From Candidatus Latescibacterota bacterium (GTDB lineage: Bacteria > Latescibacterota > UBA2968), in contig OZ241986.1 in the NCBI GenBank assembly GCA_965204375.1, positions 5,920,001-5,984,000 of the forward strand: a DNA stretch of 64,000 bases. Direction: 5' to 3'. Positions 29,816 to 39,879 of this stretch are shown here, piece by piece (position 1 is the first letter of the stretch; each line of letters begins with the position of its first letter). The notes beneath the pieces were generated by a model. That model was not told the origin of the DNA. It was given only the letters and a program-made list of their open reading frames with translations, and searched no databases. The position numbers and the translations under genes were made by a program.

Positions 29816-30436
29816 ATGGTTGATCTTTTTATTAAAGGCGGAAACTTTATGTATCCGTTGCTGGTGATGTTGTTTTTTGGTGTTGTGGTGATGATTGAGC
29901 GCTTTTACACGCTTTTTAAGGCACATATCAATGCCAAAGAGTTTATGGTAGAGCTTCAGGATGCCCTCAAGCAGAATGGGCCAGAAGGTGCTGCCGAGTT
30001 GTGTTCCAATACGCGCGGCCCGGTCGCCACGGTGTTGCACGCAGGGCTGTTGCGTTTGGATCGCGGTATTGAACATGTGGAAAAGTCGATTGAAGAATCC
30101 GGCGCTATCGAAATGGCGTTTCTCGAGCGTGGTCTCGTGTGGCTTTCCACGGTCGCAAATCTGGCACCTCTTGTCGGCTTCCTTGGCACTGTGTCGGGTA
30201 TGATCCGGGCTTTTAACGATATTGCCGCTGCTGGCGATGTTGATCCCAGTGTTGTGGCCGGTGGTATTTCTGAAGCTTTGATTACAACAGCTTCGGGCCT
30301 GGTGGTTGCTATTCCAGTACAGGCTGCATACAATTTCTTCCTGTCAAAGATTGACAAGATCATCATCGATCTCCAGGAAAGTTCCAATCAATTTGTCGAT
30401 GACCTGATTCAGTTGGGCTACGGCAAGGAGGACTAA
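29816..30436 (+). CDS. exbB: MotA/TolQ/ExbB proton channel
   Basis: 'APLVGFLGTVSGMI..F', 'VAGGISEALITTASGL.VAIP'. Confidence 0.92.
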   Translation: MVDLFIKGGNFMYPLLVMLFFGVVVMIERFYTLFKAHINAKEFMVELQDALKQNGPEGAAELCSNTRGPVATVLHAGLLRLDRGIEHVEKSIEESGAIEMAFLERGLVWLSTVANLAPLVGFLGTVSGMIRAFNDIAAAGDVDPSVVAGGISEALITTASGLVVAIPVQAAYNFFLSKIDKIIIDLQESSNQFVDDLIQLGYGKED

Positions 30437-30439
30437 AAC

Positions 30440-30844
30440 ATGGCCCTTCAGAGACGCGAAAAATCTTCACCTGAAATCCCCACCGGGTCTATGGCTGATA
30501 TCGTGTTTTTGTTGCTGGTGTTTTTTCTGGTGACGACCACGATGAACCAGGATAAGGGTATTGGTATGCACTTGCCTCCGCCGGGCGAGTCCAAGAAAAT
30601 CCAGAAGAAGAACATTTGCAACATCTGGGTCAATGTCAATGGGGATATTCTCATCAATTTGGAACAAAGTGTGCCGTTGAATATGCTTCGAGCAGATATT
30701 GAGCAGCGATTGGCGCAAAATGATAAGCTGATCATTTCATTAAAGGCAGACGAAGAAACGCCCTATGAGCAATTCATTGATGTGCTCGACGAGATTAAAT
30801 TGTCAGGGGCAGATAAAATTTCGCTCGCCTCGCCCAGTGAGTAA
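30440..30844 (+). CDS. exbD: ExbD/TolR protein
   Basis: 'SMADIVFLLLVFFLVTT', 'KADEETPY'. Confidence 0.9.
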   Translation: MALQRREKSSPEIPTGSMADIVFLLLVFFLVTTTMNQDKGIGMHLPPPGESKKIQKKNICNIWVNVNGDILINLEQSVPLNMLRADIEQRLAQNDKLIISLKADEETPYEQFIDVLDEIKLSGADKISLASPSE

Positions 30845-30859
30845 GTTCAGGAGGTTTTC

Positions 30860-31267
30860 ATGAATTTTAAGAAAAAAGGTGGTGTCTCACACAGCATCCC
30901 CACCGGGTCTATGGCCGACATTACTTTTTTGCTGCTCATTTTCTTTATGGTATCTACGGTTTTTGTCCGCTACCGCGTGACGGGCATTATTATGCCCAAG
31001 GCCGAAAAAATCGAAGAACTCAAGAAACGTCGTCACATCAACTATCTATGGGTTTCTGCTGATCGCAAAATCTATATTGACGACAAGCTGGCGAATCTCG
31101 ATCAGATAGCCGGGATTTTTTACGACCGCCGCCTCAAAGATCCCCGCATGGTCGTATCACTCAAATGTGACTACCGCGCGCCTTATGGATTGATCAGCAG
31201 TGTGATGGAAGAATTGCGCAAGGCCGATGCGCTACGCATCAACTTTGCGACCAACCGAGAGGGGTAA
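30860..31267 (+). CDS. exbD: Second ExbD/TolR protein
   Basis: 'SMADITFLLLIFFMVST', 'KCDYRAPYG'. Confidence 0.9.
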   Translation: MNFKKKGGVSHSIPTGSMADITFLLLIFFMVSTVFVRYRVTGIIMPKAEKIEELKKRRHINYLWVSADRKIYIDDKLANLDQIAGIFYDRRLKDPRMVVSLKCDYRAPYGLISSVMEELRKADALRINFATNREG

Positions 31268-31270
31268 GCT

Positions 31271-31918
31271 ATGGCAATGATTCGGGGAAAAGCACCAGAA
31301 GCCGATTTGCGACGTTCTTACAATAAGGTTTTTGGATATTGCACATTGATCACGTTTGTCCTGCACACCGCCGTGGCTGTGATTTTTCCAACTTTTGAAG
31401 CCTCTGCGAGTGATCGCAAGAAGAAACAGATCATTATTGAAAATGTGGATATTCCAGAAACCCGGCAGATTAAACGTCCACCACCGCCGCCGCGACCTGC
31501 TGTGCCAATTGAAACAGAGAGCGACGATGTGCCCGACGACGTGACTATTGAGAGTACAGATCTCGATTTTGACGATGCAATGGTCGATATGCCGCCGCCA
31601 CCGCCACCGGGTTCATACGAGGAAGAAGAAGAAATCCTCGAGTTTTATATGGTTGAGCAAAAACCAAAAGTCATTCATCAGGTAAACCCTAAATATCCCG
31701 AAATCGCCCGCAAAGCCGGGTTGACTGGGAAAGTGTTTTTGAAGTTTTTGGTTGATAAGAATGGTCGAGTAAGCAATGTGAGCATACTTAGAGGTCAAGA
31801 AATTTTCCGGCAAGCGGCGATTGATGCTGTTTTGCAATTCAGGTTTGAACCAGCCCAACAAAATGACAAACCGGTTTCTGTTTGGATGACACAGCCGATG
31901 TCTTTCCGCTTGAACTGA
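31271..31918 (+). CDS. tonB: Energy transducer TonB
   Basis: N-terminal TM, Pro-rich linker, 'YPEIARKAGLTGKVFLKFLVDKNG', 'FEPAQQNDKPV'. Confidence 0.92.
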   Translation: MAMIRGKAPEADLRRSYNKVFGYCTLITFVLHTAVAVIFPTFEASASDRKKKQIIIENVDIPETRQIKRPPPPPRPAVPIETESDDVPDDVTIESTDLDFDDAMVDMPPPPPPGSYEEEEEILEFYMVEQKPKVIHQVNPKYPEIARKAGLTGKVFLKFLVDKNGRVSNVSILRGQEIFRQAAIDAVLQFRFEPAQQNDKPVSVWMTQPMSFRLN

Positions 31919-31936
31919 GGTGGCTATTTTGTTTGC

Positions 31937-31973
31937 AAAAGGCCATTGTGCAGGGCGTACAATGGCCTTTTTT
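31937..31973 (+). terminator. Intrinsic terminator after tonB
   Basis: AAAAGGCCATTGT-GCAGGGCGT-ACAATGGCCTTTTTTT. Confidence 0.8.
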
Positions 31974-32081
31974 GTGTAAATATGTAAACAATACTTGACA
32001 GATACGCCGAAATTTTACAATATATATTGCCTAATCCGAATTTTAAGTCTTTGTAAAGGTTCAAAATACAGGAGATTTCCC

Positions 32082-33278
32082 ATGCTCATGCGTTCCTTCC
32101 TTGCGATGCTTTCACTGTCTGTGTTGGTGGCCGGTTCTGCTCTTGCACAGGGAGTGAGCCCCGAATCAGCGGAAAAGTACAATTCCGGACAGGAGTTATA
32201 CAAAAAAAGACAGTATCAAAAAGCACTCGTAGCCTTTGAGGAAGCTGTAAAAATTGATGCCAAAAACGCGCAGGCATATCGCGCGATAGGCACGACATAT
32301 CGAAAGCTTCGCAATTACACAAAGGCCATTGAAGCTTATCAAATGGCGACTTCGATTAAGTCGGATTACGCAGCCGCTTATTTTGAGATGGGCGAATTGC
32401 AATTGCAGACCAAAGACTATACAGGTGCCCAGGCAAGTATGAAAAAGGTGCTGGCGATTGATCCCAATTTTGCCGACGGCAAAGCACGGGAAAGGTTAAA
32501 GGTGGCTTATCTTCAAGAAGGCACTACATTGTTCAGGCGGCGCAATTACAAGGCAGCCGCGGCTCAGTATGAAAGTGCCACGCAAGTTGATCCTTCGGAT
32601 GCGACCGTATTTTACAATTTGGGCCTGGCACATAGAAGTGCTCGCAGTGTAAATGCCGCGCGCGAAGCACTTGAAACAGCCATTGAACTGAATCCGAACT
32701 ATGGCAAAGCTCATCGCGGTTTGGGCGATCTCTTCAGGGCGACCGGAAAAAATAGTAGCGCAGCAAGCGCGTACTTAAAGGCGATTCAAGCCGATGCCAA
32801 AGATACGAGGTCTCGTTTGCACCTGGCAGCAGTCTATCAGGCGATGAAGCAAAATAGCAAAGCGATTTCCGTGCTTTCAAAAGCGGCACAGGTTGACCCC
32901 AAAAATGCAGATGTTCACACAGCACTTGGCAAAGCCTATGCAGATGGCAGACAGTACACAAATGCTGTCGCTTCCTACAAAAGGGCGTTGGGGATTAAGA
33001 ATACTCCCGAGGCAAACTATCGGATAGCTGAACCCTATTTTGGACTCAAGCAATACCAAAATGCGATCAGGCACGCCAATAAAGCCGTGTCTTCGTCTAA
33101 ATGGAGAGTGCCCGCCAATGTCATTCTGGGTGATTGTTATCGAGAGCTTGGCCAAAAAGAAAGAGCGATTTCGCACTACAAAAAAGGGGTCTCTAATCGC
33201 CAATACAAGAAATATTGCGAAGACCAGATCGATCGCATCCTCAATCCAATGGGCGGTGGAGAAGAAGAGGCACAGTAA
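32082..33278 (+). CDS. Secreted tetratricopeptide-repeat protein
   Basis: Signal peptide ending ALA; about 10 TPRs; AGGAGA RBS before ATG 32082. Confidence 0.88.
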   Translation: MLMRSFLAMLSLSVLVAGSALAQGVSPESAEKYNSGQELYKKRQYQKALVAFEEAVKIDAKNAQAYRAIGTTYRKLRNYTKAIEAYQMATSIKSDYAAAYFEMGELQLQTKDYTGAQASMKKVLAIDPNFADGKARERLKVAYLQEGTTLFRRRNYKAAAAQYESATQVDPSDATVFYNLGLAHRSARSVNAAREALETAIELNPNYGKAHRGLGDLFRATGKNSSAASAYLKAIQADAKDTRSRLHLAAVYQAMKQNSKAISVLSKAAQVDPKNADVHTALGKAYADGRQYTNAVASYKRALGIKNTPEANYRIAEPYFGLKQYQNAIRHANKAVSSSKWRVPANVILGDCYRELGQKERAISHYKKGVSNRQYKKYCEDQIDRILNPMGGGEEEAQ

Positions 33279-33304
33279 GTAGCGCGGTGATTTTTGATAA
33301 AAAT

Positions 33305-33335
33305 AAAAAGGGACTCTTTGTGAGTCCCTTTTTTT
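33305..33335 (+). terminator. Intrinsic terminator
   Basis: AAAAAGGGACTC-TTTGT-GAGTCCCTTTTTTT. Confidence 0.8.
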
Positions 33336-33354
33336 GTAGGAGATACCTCCTTTT

Positions 33355-34506
33355 GTGAAAAAAGATACTTTTTTGTATATCAATGCCTTTTTAATGGATT
33401 GTTGTTTTGCCATTGTGGGCGTTTGCGTGCCATTGCACGCCCTGCATTTTGGTGCGACTTATGACGATCTCGGGCACATCAATGCCTGGGGGGCATTGGC
33501 TTATACTCTGACCAGTCTCGTGTCGGGACGTCTTGCAGATCGCCTGGGTTATCGTCTGGTTATGACTATTGGGTGTATTTTTCTCGCGCTGGCATTTGTG
33601 GGATATATCGGTGTCAATCGCATCTGGCATTTTGTTCTGCTTTCTGTGCTTACCGCTGTTGCTATTGCACATTATTGGCCTCCGATGCAAGCCTATCTTG
33701 GACGTGGGAAATCGCGAGACAGGCTGTTACCCGCGTTGGGGCGATTCAATGTGGCGTGGACATTGGGAGTGTGTATTGGTCCGGCCGCAGGTGGTGAGTT
33801 GTTTGAATTCCACCCTTTTAGCGGATTTATTCTGGGCGGCTTTTTGGTCGTTCTGCTATTTGTCGGTCTGCTCGTTGTCCCGATTTTGGAATCGGAGTCT
33901 GATGTTGCGGATAGACGGACGGTTGCCGCAACGTCGGGATATTTTTTTCCGCTCGCTTTGCTGGCTAATTTTGCAACGTTTTTTGCGATTGGGCTTATAC
34001 GTGCGCTATTTCCAAAACTGGCGACAGACCTCGACATTTCACCGAGTTTGCTGGGGTATTTGCTCGCGCTGATCGCTGTGACCCAACTTGCGGTTTTTTA
34101 TTTTATGTCGCGGACAAATCGATGGCAATTTCGCCTTTCACCCATTATTTTTGCTCAGCTTTTGGCCGCTTTTGGTCTCGGTTTGATCGGGATAGGTACA
34201 AAGCCGATTGTTTTTGCCTGTGGTTTTTTGCTGTTGGGTGTGCTGATTGGGGTGACGTTTACAGCGAGTATTTTTTACAGTTTATACGCCGAGGGGCCAG
34301 GTGGCCGTCGCACGGGTATTCACGAAGCGATTGTGGGGAGTGGATTTTTATTTGGTCCGCTTCTCGGCGGCCTTGTTGCAGAGCATTTCAATGCGCGATT
34401 GCCCTATTTGATGGGTAGTATGGTTATTCTGATGACGATTGGTATTCAGTTGTTTATCCACAAAATGAATGCTCCCCTGGAGGATGAATTTGAAAAAGCG
34501 TTTTAG
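33355..34506 (+). CDS. MFS transporter
   Basis: About 12 hydrophobic segments; motif A 'GRLADRLGYR'. Confidence 0.88.
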   Translation: MKKDTFLYINAFLMDCCFAIVGVCVPLHALHFGATYDDLGHINAWGALAYTLTSLVSGRLADRLGYRLVMTIGCIFLALAFVGYIGVNRIWHFVLLSVLTAVAIAHYWPPMQAYLGRGKSRDRLLPALGRFNVAWTLGVCIGPAAGGELFEFHPFSGFILGGFLVVLLFVGLLVVPILESESDVADRRTVAATSGYFFPLALLANFATFFAIGLIRALFPKLATDLDISPSLLGYLLALIAVTQLAVFYFMSRTNRWQFRLSPIIFAQLLAAFGLGLIGIGTKPIVFACGFLLLGVLIGVTFTASIFYSLYAEGPGGRRTGIHEAIVGSGFLFGPLLGGLVAEHFNARLPYLMGSMVILMTIGIQLFIHKMNAPLEDEFEKAF

Positions 34507-35134
34507 TAAAGCCGAGAAAGCCGAAAAAATTGCCGAGATTTTGAACGAGTTGTATCCCGATCCCGAAGGATCGCTGAGACACGGGAGTGCCTATACCTTG
34601 CTGGTCGCCGTGTTGTTGTCGGCACAGTGTACCGATGTGCGGGTCAATCAGGTGACGCCCGTTCTGTTTGCAAGGGCAGATACGCCAGAGAAAATGATTG
34701 CGCTGTCGGTTGAAGAAATCGAAGGCATTATCCGTCCGTGTGGGTTGGCGCCTCGCAAAGCGCAGGCGATTTTCGATTTGTCCCGTATTTTGCTGGATGA
34801 ACACGATGGCGAGGTGCCCCAATCTTATGAGGGTTTGGAAGCATTGCCCGGCGTGGGACACAAGACGGCGTCGGTGGTGATGGCTCAGGCTTTTGGCGTG
34901 CCAGCATTTCCCGTGGATACGCATATTCACCGTCTCGCCTATCGATGGGGATTGTCCAATGGCAAAAATGTGGTGCAGACCGAGCGCGATTTGAAACGCA
35001 TTTTCCCCGCGGAAATTTGGAATAAGTTGCATTTGCAGATTATTTTTTTTGGACGAGAATATTGCCCTGCGAGAGGGCATGACCCCCATCAATGCCGCAT
35101 TTGTAGTGTGTATGGACGCAGGAGTTTGCTTTGA
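34484..35134 (+). CDS. nth: Endonuclease III
   Basis: 'LLSAQCTD.RVN', HhH 'LPGVGHKTA', 'VDTH', C-terminal Cys cluster. Confidence 0.93.
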   Translation: MNLKKRFSKAEKAEKIAEILNELYPDPEGSLRHGSAYTLLVAVLLSAQCTDVRVNQVTPVLFARADTPEKMIALSVEEIEGIIRPCGLAPRKAQAIFDLSRILLDEHDGEVPQSYEGLEALPGVGHKTASVVMAQAFGVPAFPVDTHIHRLAYRWGLSNGKNVVQTERDLKRIFPAEIWNKLHLQIIFFGREYCPARGHDPHQCRICSVYGRRSLL

Positions 35135-35150
35135 AAGATTGGAGGTGGAA

Positions 35151-36290
35151 GTGAAGATTCGAGCGATTGCGATTTCGGTTTTTGAGTTGCCTGCCAATAC
35201 GGGTCGATTTCGGATGGAACAAACCGGTCAGGGTGCCCGCAAGCGATGGGCAAAGCGGGGTACGGGTAAGTCGGCAGAGCATATACACGTTTTGCATGTG
35301 AAGACCGACGAAGACATCGAAGGGGTATGTACGGTGGGGGATGCGCGGTACACGACGATGCGCTCTGAAGATCTGGAGCAATTGCGGTTGCTGGCGATTG
35401 GCGAAGATCCATTTGATCGGGAGCGGCTCGCGCAAAAATTACACAAAGCGACACGCGGCATGTTCACGCGACCCGGATGGTTTGGTGCTTTTGACAATTG
35501 TTTGTGGGATATTGCTGGGAAGGTTGCGGGGCTGCCCATTCACGGTCTGATTGGTCGGGCGCGGTCTCGTTGTGCGGCTTATTACAATTTTAGAAGTGGC
35601 TCAAAAGAAGAGGCTGTAGCCGATGCAACAAAGGCAGTGGAACGGGGTTTTTTAGCTGTAAAAGATCACTTTGGGGGTACGGCAGATGAAAATATCGCGT
35701 GTTTTCACGCTGTGCGCGATGCGGTGGGAGGTGATGTCGATATTTTGCACGATGCCGCGGGATGTGATTATACGTTGCAAGATGCAATTCGGGTGGGTAA
35801 GACTCTAGAGGCGTTGCGGTTTGGATGGTTTGAAGAGCCTTTGGCAGATCGAGATCAAAAGAACTTGCAGCGTTTGTGCGATGCGCTGGATATTCCCATT
35901 TTGGCGCCTGAGACTTTGATGCACGATGTAGATTTGAGCGCGCAATGGATTATTTCCGGGGCAACGGATGCCCTGCGCGCCAATGCGCGGCTGGGGACAA
36001 CTCCGACGTTGAAGTTGGCACATTTGGCGGAGATGCACGGTGCAAATATTGAATTTAATGGACCGGGTGGGTTATTTGGGCTGGTGCATGCACATCTGGT
36101 TTGTGCCATATCGAATACGAGTTATTATGAGTTTTTCCCCGGAGGCTCCCGGGATGTGCGCGGTCGTGAGATTGGGTTGCTCAATCCACCATTGCCCGAG
36201 AATGGTCATATTACACCGCCCAATAGTCCCGGATGGGGTGCCGAATGGGATTGGGAATTTTTTGAGAAGAAGCGGATTGGGGAGTTGTGA
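35151..36290 (+). CDS. Enolase superfamily (mandelate racemase/muconate lactonizing-like) protein
   Basis: 'DNCLWDIAGKVAGLPI', 'WFEEP', 'PGWG'; GGAGG RBS before GTG 35151. Confidence 0.85.
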   Translation: MKIRAIAISVFELPANTGRFRMEQTGQGARKRWAKRGTGKSAEHIHVLHVKTDEDIEGVCTVGDARYTTMRSEDLEQLRLLAIGEDPFDRERLAQKLHKATRGMFTRPGWFGAFDNCLWDIAGKVAGLPIHGLIGRARSRCAAYYNFRSGSKEEAVADATKAVERGFLAVKDHFGGTADENIACFHAVRDAVGGDVDILHDAAGCDYTLQDAIRVGKTLEALRFGWFEEPLADRDQKNLQRLCDALDIPILAPETLMHDVDLSAQWIISGATDALRANARLGTTPTLKLAHLAEMHGANIEFNGPGGLFGLVHAHLVCAISNTSYYEFFPGGSRDVRGREIGLLNPPLPENGHITPPNSPGWGAEWDWEFFEKKRIGEL

Positions 36291-36380
36291 TCCGCAGATG
36301 GACGCAGATGAATGCAGATAAAAAAGAGGGGCTGGGAGTTGGTTGGGTGGACTGACAACTGACAACTAAAAGGAGATTTT

Positions 36381-37625
36381 ATGGCTTCTGATAAACCAAA
36401 TATTGTTCTGATTTTGTCCGATGATTTGGGATATGAATGCCTGGGGTGTTATGGGGGTGAATCGTATCAAACTCCTGTGCTGGATGGGTTGAGCAAGGAG
36501 GGAATGCGTTTTGACCATGCGTATGTCCTGCCGTTGTGTACGCCGACGCGGTTACAGTTGATGACGGGTAAATACAATTTTCGCAACTGGAGAGCCTTTG
36601 GCGTGATGGACCTCCAGGAGCGCACTTTTGGGCATTTGATGAAGGAGGCTGGGTACAAAACGTGTATTTCGGGTAAATGGCAAATGTATAGCTATAATCC
36701 GCCGGATTTTGAGCCTGAGTGGCGCGGTAAGGGGCAATTGGCGGAAGATTCGGGTTTTGACGAGTATTGTTTGTGGCATACGGAACATACCGAGGATAAG
36801 GGGTCGCGGTATGCCGATCCGGTGATTCAGCAAAATGGAGCGTATTTGGAGGATACAGAGGGCAAGTACGGTCCGGATATTTTTACGGCTTATATTTGTG
36901 ATTATATCGAGCGACACAAGGATGAGCCGTTTTTTGTTTATTATCCCATGGCGCTGACACACGGCCCGTTTGAACCCACGCCCCATAGTGAAATATGGTC
37001 GGAAAACCGACACGATAGCGATGTGAAGTATTTTAAAGATATGGTTGAGTATATGGATGTGGTGATTGGGCGGATTGTGGATAAATTGGATGAACTCGGT
37101 TTGAGAGAGAATACCTTGCTTTTGTTTATTGGCGATAATGGTTCGCCCCGTCAGGTGACTTCTATTATTAATGGCCGCGAGTTCCAGGGAGGAAAGGGTC
37201 TTTCGACTGATGCGGGTACGCGGGTGCCATTTGTCGCGAGTTGGCCGGGTACGATTCCACCGGGGTCTGTGTGTGATGATTTGATCGATTGTAGCGATTT
37301 TGTGCCGTTGATGATGGATATGGCTGGCACGCCTTTGCCCGAGGACGATGTGTTTGATGGGGTGTCATTTTTGCCGCAGTTAAAGGGCGAGGCGGGAACG
37401 CCGCGCGAGTGGATTTTTGCCCATCACGATCCCCTGCCCGGATGGGGTAAGGAGGGGTACTATTTAAAGCGATGGGCACAGGATAAACGCTGGAAGCTCT
37501 ACGATACGGGCGATTTGTACGATGTTGCAGCAGATGAGTTGGAAGAACATCCAATTGTCGATGGAGGCGCAGAAGCAGAGGTAGCGCGACAAAAATTACA
37601 GCCTGTGCTGGATCGGATGAAGTAA
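36381..37625 (+). CDS. Sulfatase (S1 family, arylsulfatase-like)
   Basis: 'KPNIVLILSDDLG', CTPTR signature, 'GKW', 'GDNG'. Confidence 0.92.
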   Translation: MASDKPNIVLILSDDLGYECLGCYGGESYQTPVLDGLSKEGMRFDHAYVLPLCTPTRLQLMTGKYNFRNWRAFGVMDLQERTFGHLMKEAGYKTCISGKWQMYSYNPPDFEPEWRGKGQLAEDSGFDEYCLWHTEHTEDKGSRYADPVIQQNGAYLEDTEGKYGPDIFTAYICDYIERHKDEPFFVYYPMALTHGPFEPTPHSEIWSENRHDSDVKYFKDMVEYMDVVIGRIVDKLDELGLRENTLLLFIGDNGSPRQVTSIINGREFQGGKGLSTDAGTRVPFVASWPGTIPPGSVCDDLIDCSDFVPLMMDMAGTPLPEDDVFDGVSFLPQLKGEAGTPREWIFAHHDPLPGWGKEGYYLKRWAQDKRWKLYDTGDLYDVAADELEEHPIVDGGAEAEVARQKLQPVLDRMK

Positions 37626-37653
37626 GCGCGTTTGTTTCGCCGATATTTCCGAC

Positions 37654-37682
37654 TTGACACATTTTGTGTACAGCGATAAAAT
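37654..37682 (+). promoter_or_regulatory. Sigma70-type promoter of the four-gene ATPase/helicase operon
   Basis: TTGACA-17 nt-TAAAAT, 47 nt before ATG 37730. Confidence 0.75.
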
Positions 37683-37729
37683 TACACGCGATCGGAAATC
37701 ACTTACATCCAAAACAGAAGGTAATCAAA

Positions 37730-38587
37730 ATGGTAGATCGAGAAGAATTTCTCGAGCAAATGCAAGAGAAATTGACAGACGTGGTCAGGCCCTATCAACA
37801 GCAGCAAAACCGCCGTCAGCGAATGGCCGATTTTGTGAAACAGTGCATCCGCAGTGCCGGGCGAAATGACTTTTTTCAACTCGACGAATTGCTCAAGTCC
37901 AAAATGGCGCGGGATGTGGAAGAAGAAGTGGGACTAAAGGACGGTGCAGAGTTTTTAGATCAATTGCGTACTTATGCGGATGAACAGGTGGAGCGATACC
38001 GAATCCAATTTATAGAAGATCTGACGACATTGGCGCGTGAAGCGGAACTTCCAATAGAGGTCGATTTTCCGCGTATTGAGGTGCTCAAAGGCATAGAGGG
38101 AGATGTTGACTTTGCACAGCGGAAAACTGTGATCAATAAAAAAATCCTGAAATCCGTTGATCCAAAGCGCATCATTACTGCTCTCCGCAGGGTAAAGCAG
38201 CAACTCTATGACCGCCCTTATGATCCACAGGTGTTTATTGATGAGTTGTATAACGCATACATGGAAATTCTAAAAAAAGAGGCGCAAGAAATAGGCCACC
38301 CGGTCCCCATGCAGCAGTTGTACCTGGAATATGTGCTATCTCTTCAGAGCCGGACATTTTTTCAGGACATGGATAAGGGAAAATTTCGAGGGTATAGTCT
38401 GGATCAATTTGCGGTTGATTTATGGCGTTATTTTCAAGCCGGTATTGGGGGCACTTCAGATGGCTATGCCGTGCAGCTAAGACCGGGGCGGAACAATGCG
38501 CTATGGCTTATTGACAGCGATGGAGAGCGGCGACAGATTACGCGCATTTCTTTTTTGAACAAGCGCGAGAAAGGGCCTGAAAAATGA
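37730..38587 (+). CDS. Hypothetical soluble protein (285 aa), first gene of a putative defence operon
   Basis: Long ORF with GAAGGT RBS; stop overlaps the next start (ATGA); no recognisable catalytic motif. Confidence 0.8.
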   Translation: MVDREEFLEQMQEKLTDVVRPYQQQQNRRQRMADFVKQCIRSAGRNDFFQLDELLKSKMARDVEEEVGLKDGAEFLDQLRTYADEQVERYRIQFIEDLTTLAREAELPIEVDFPRIEVLKGIEGDVDFAQRKTVINKKILKSVDPKRIITALRRVKQQLYDRPYDPQVFIDELYNAYMEILKKEAQEIGHPVPMQQLYLEYVLSLQSRTFFQDMDKGKFRGYSLDQFAVDLWRYFQAGIGGTSDGYAVQLRPGRNNALWLIDSDGERRQITRISFLNKREKGPEK

Positions 38588-39879
38588 CACTGCAAGCTCT
38601 GGAGCAACTCAAACCCTTTGAGGCGCGGGCCATTATTGAAGATCTCCGCAAAGGCAGCGTGCCGATTGATTACGTGCCCTTTTTTAGTGTGGGGCGTCAG
38701 AACTGGTTAAAATTTATCGAAGAAGACCTGGATAACTACATCGCCGAAGGGGGCGCGAAGGTTCGCTTTATCAACGGAGACTACGGCGATGGCAAAACGC
38801 ATTTTATGTCGGTTATCAGGCACCTCGCGCTTGAAAAAAAGTTCGCCGTGTCTTTTGTGGTGCTCACGCGCGAAGTGCCCATACACAAATTTGAGATTGT
38901 CTATCAAACCATCGCGCGCCAGCTCTGCGGTTCTTTTGAAGGCGTAGGTATCCGCCAATTCGTGGATGATTGGGTCGAAAATCTGAAAGCCGATCTGACA
39001 GATGATGCACCTCTCGAAGAACAACTCTTCTCTGTGGGGGAAAGCCTGCGTGCGCTTTCTGGGATGGATCTCAATTTTGCCAATGCGCTGATCGGGTTGG
39101 CAGACAATCGCCTCAGACCGCTCGAAGCAGGTGAAGACGAAGAGGCGCGTGCATATCAGCGGGAAATTCTCTACCAGTGGTTTGAAGGCGTGCGGGTGAG
39201 CAAGCGAGAACTCAAACCGTTCCAGATTTTTGAAGCCCTCGATAAGACCAACAGCAAGCGATTTCTGACCTCGCTCATTGTCTTTTTGCGGCATCTCAAC
39301 TACAAGGGCCTCGTGCTGTTGATGGACGAATTGGAAACCGTAATCGCCCAATCGACAACCATTCGCAATGCGTCTTATGAAAATGTCCGCTTGCTGATCG
39401 ACAATGCCGAGCAAGCGTCTTATTTGCACATTTTTATGTCCATTATTCCCGATGTGACGCTCTCGGAAAAGGGATTTAAGTCCTACGACGCGCTGTGGAG
39501 TCGCGTGCGTTCTATTGGCGAAAACAAACGGCTGAATTACCGCAGCGTGTTGGTTGATCTTCACAGAACGCCTTTGGAAACCAGCGAACTGGTCAATCTG
39601 GGGCTTTGCCTGAAACGCATTCACGAACTGTCCTACCGATGGGATGCCCAGGAACAGGTCGGCGAAGATTTGTTAAACAAAATGTGTGTCGCTCAAAAGC
39701 GCATGGGGCTTTTAAGCGAGGTCCGGCTCTATATCAAGCAAGTCATTCGCATACTCGACATGGCCGAGCAAGGTGTGCCGCCAGACGAAGATATGGATAT
39801 GGCCGAGCAACTCGTGGTCAGCCAGCGAGAAATGGAGCAAGAAAAAGTTGAACAACTTCAACCGACGTGGGATGCCTGA
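38584..39879 (+). CDS. DUF2791/BrxD-like P-loop ATPase (copy 1)
   Basis: 'IIEDLRKGSVP', 'VGR', Walker A GDYGDGKT, Walker B 'GLVLLMDELE', 'SYDALWSR', 'R.YIKQVIRILD'. Confidence 0.85.
   Translation: MTLQALEQLKPFEARAIIEDLRKGSVPIDYVPFFSVGRQNWLKFIEEDLDNYIAEGGAKVRFINGDYGDGKTHFMSVIRHLALEKKFAVSFVVLTREVPIHKFEIVYQTIARQLCGSFEGVGIRQFVDDWVENLKADLTDDAPLEEQLFSVGESLRALSGMDLNFANALIGLADNRLRPLEAGEDEEARAYQREILYQWFEGVRVSKRELKPFQIFEALDKTNSKRFLTSLIVFLRHLNYKGLVLLMDELETVIAQSTTIRNASYENVRLLIDNAEQASYLHIFMSIIPDVTLSEKGFKSYDALWSRVRSIGENKRLNYRSVLVDLHRTPLETSELVNLGLCLKRIHELSYRWDAQEQVGEDLLNKMCVAQKRMGLLSEVRLYIKQVIRILDMAEQGVPPDEDMDMAEQLVVSQREMEQEKVEQLQPTWDA

Noticed and set aside
28559-33278. TPR-exbB-exbD-exbD-tonB-TPR cluster as a novel system
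   Set aside because: Double exbD with TPR neighbours is a familiar arrangement in FCB-group bacteria.
38707-39624. 305-aa antisense ORF (and similar long antisense ORFs over tnpB, guaB and the sulfatases)
   Set aside because: Shadow frames of well-supported genes on the opposite strand, with no motifs.
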